Assembly: GCA_019347715.1 (NCBI GenBank)
Contig: JAHWKU010000010.1
Location: forward strand, 10,805 to 74,804
DNA from: Actinomycetota bacterium
GTDB taxonomy: Bacteria > Actinomycetota > CADDZG01 > JAHWKV01
Length of the DNA stretch: 64,000 bases
Direction: 5' to 3'
A program made the translations under genes and the position numbers. The notes below the pieces were generated by a model. That model worked only from the letters and a program-made list of their open reading frames with translations, was not told the origin of the DNA and ran no database searches. How positions within the stretch are numbered: the first letter of the stretch is position 1; each line of letters begins with the position of its first letter. Positions 62,738 to 64,000 of this stretch are shown here, one piece after another.

Positions 62738-64000
62738 ATCCTGGAACTCCGTGACTATCTGAGGCTTCTCTGGCGGCGCAAGTTCCTTATAGCGCTTGCC
62801 GTTGTCGTTGCCACCGGTTCGGCTCTAGCTTTCTCGCTGCGACAGACGCCACTGTATGAAGCTTCGGCCAAGATCTTTATCGGTTACCGATCGGTCGGCG
62901 AGGGAGACGTTTCGTCCGCGCTGCAGGAACTGACCGCCGGCGATCGATTCATGACCTCCTACGCCGAGGTTCTCAAGAGTCAGCCGGTTGCAGCAAAACT
63001 GATTGACAGGGAGAACCTTCCTGCCGATTCTCAAGATGTCGCCGCCTCGGTTGAAGCTCGGGTCATTCCGGATACCCGCATCATCGAGGTGACCTACACC
63101 GATACCGATCCCCGGAGAGCACGACGAGCCGCCAATTCCTTGGTAGCAATCTTTGTTCAAGAAGAGGTAGAGAACCTCGGAGGGGCCGAAGCCGTATCGG
63201 CAAGACTCCTGGAGCCTGCTCAGCTTCCAACCGAACCGGTCAGTCCCAAGCCTCTTCGCGATGGCCTCCTCGGAGGAGTTCTCGGCCTGGCACTTGGAGT
63301 CGGAATGGCCTTTCTCCTCCAGCAGCTCGACACGACCCTTCGCACCAGAGAGGACGTCGAGGAGGCTCTGTCGCCCCTTCCGGTGCTGGCGGGAATTCCC
63401 AAATCCGACGCCGGAAAGGAACGAGCGCTCTTCTTCGAAAACGACACTCGGTCCCCGGCGTCGGAGGCCATCCGGAATCTTAGGACCAACATTCAGTTCT
63501 TCTCGGTTGATAACCCCATCCGTCTGCTCGTTGTGACGAGCCCTTATGCTGAGGACGGCAAGACCACCGTTGCCGCCAATTTAGCTGCGGCCATAGCAGC
63601 ATCGGGCGTGAGGGCACTGGTGATGGAGGCGGACCTGAGACGCCCAGCGCTCGGCGAGTACTTCAACTACTTCGATCCGCAAAAGCGCGGGGGCCTGACC
63701 GAGGTGCTGGCCGGCGTCGAGAGGCTCAAGGATGTCATCAGAAAGACTCACATCCCGAACCTTTCCTTCCTTCCCGCCGGCTCAATTCCGCCCAACCCAT
63801 CCGAGCTTTTGGGAAGCCATCGGATGGAGGAGGTGCTGGATGAAATGAGGACTCATGCCGACGTGGTCGTGATCGACACCCCTCCAGCCCTCGCAGTCAC
63901 TGACTCTCTCGTGCTAGGAGGGAAGGCAGATGGCGTGGTGCTGGTCGTGCGGGCCGGGGTGACTCATCGCGAGAGGGCGAGAGAAGCCAAGGATGTGTTC
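62738..64000 (+). CDS. Wzz/Wzc-like polysaccharide co-polymerase with BY-kinase domain (3'-truncated); non-canonical start
   Basis: Open frame from the TAA at 62735 to the window end. ILELRDYLRLLWRRKFLIALAVV is a Wzz N-terminus with TM. ...LLVVTSPYAEDGKTTVAANLA is the Walker A of a BY-kinase. ...VVVIDTPPAL is Walker B-like. No ATG/GTG/TTG near the N-terminus. ATC at 62738 lies 5 nt after GAAGGA. Confidence 0.7.
   Translation, partial: MLELRDYLRLLWRRKFLIALAVVVATGSALAFSLRQTPLYEASAKIFIGYRSVGEGDVSSALQELTAGDRFMTSYAEVLKSQPVAAKLIDRENLPADSQDVAASVEARVIPDTRIIEVTYTDTDPRRARRAANSLVAIFVQEEVENLGGAEAVSARLLEPAQLPTEPVSPKPLRDGLLGGVLGLALGVGMAFLLQQLDTTLRTREDVEEALSPLPVLAGIPKSDAGKERALFFENDTRSPASEAIRNLRTNIQFFSVDNPIRLLVVTSPYAEDGKTTVAANLAAAIAASGVRALVMEADLRRPALGEYFNYFDPQKRGGLTEVLAGVERLKDVIRKTHIPNLSFLPAGSIPPNPSELLGSHRMEEVLDEMRTHADVVVIDTPPALAVTDSLVLGGKADGVVLVVRAGVTHRERAREAKDVF

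Noticed and set aside
1-64000. tRNA, rRNA, integrase, transposase or prophage genes
   Set aside because: No tRNA-like cloverleaf signatures were seen in the intergenic gaps inspected. No rRNA-like stretches were seen. No integrase or transposase motifs appeared among the ORF translations.

Overview
High-GC actinobacterial-type chromosomal window. F420 biosynthesis genes (cofE, cofD, fbiC), DUF4012/DUF3105/DUF5667 proteins and an ECF sigma/anti-sigma pair point to Actinobacteria. Almost all of it is cell-envelope glycan biosynthesis.

Layout:
- 1-12.5 kb: glycan assembly locus. Contains GT2/GT4 glycosyltransferases, a WecA/MraY-family initiating transferase, an O-antigen-ligase-like protein with C-terminal TPR repeats, an ArnE-like small flippase, and gmd with both Fcl-like and Rmd-like GDP-deoxyhexose enzymes.
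- 12.5-28.7 kb: housekeeping block. Contains cofE, cofD and fbiC for F420, a class A PBP with a Pro/Ser-rich tail, an ECF sigma plus DUF5667 anti-sigma-like gene, a large coiled-coil protein with a lysine-rich tail, pyrE, and a UvrD-like helicase with an HRDC tail.
- about 28.7-56.6 kb: AT-richer island, judged by eye and not computed. It carries a complete translationally coupled pseudaminic-acid operon (pseB-pseC-pseI-pseG-cytidylyltransferase/GNAT fusion), a second NeuA-like cytidylyltransferase, and an unusual CBS-NeuB-sugar-isomerase tri-domain fusion. It also has two TagF/KpsS-like GT-B transferase paralogs, Wzm/Wzt ABC exporter genes (Wzt with a C-terminal carbohydrate-binding domain), tailoring methyltransferases and a carbamoyltransferase, and multiple GT4/GT2 genes.
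- 56.6-64 kb: high-GC again. Contains a WecA-DUF4012 fusion, a second DUF4012 protein, small secreted proteins, and a Wzc-like BY-kinase truncated by the window end.

Most notable beyond the gene content:
1. A previously uncharacterised interspersed repeat family (core GGCGCGACTCACAGRATYTTCCAGG). Nine copies lie between 10.6 and 28.7 kb, including one complete 91-bp palindromic element. Several copies sit in-frame inside coding sequence, giving a duplicated insertion in the FbiC inter-domain linker and the C-terminal tail plus stop codon of fbiC.
2. A second, roughly 50-bp hairpin repeat family. Two direct copies bracket a DUF559/AbiEi-like gene that splits cofD from cofE. A third inverted copy sits in a nested palindrome between the ECF sigma and anti-sigma genes.
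3. A duplicated, still in-frame 3' fragment of the carbamoyltransferase gene at the right island boundary. It looks like a recombination scar.
4. Two envelope genes whose only plausible initiation codons are ATT and ATC, each a few nucleotides after a strong Shine-Dalgarno sequence.

No rRNA, tRNA, CRISPR array, integrase or transposase was recognised.
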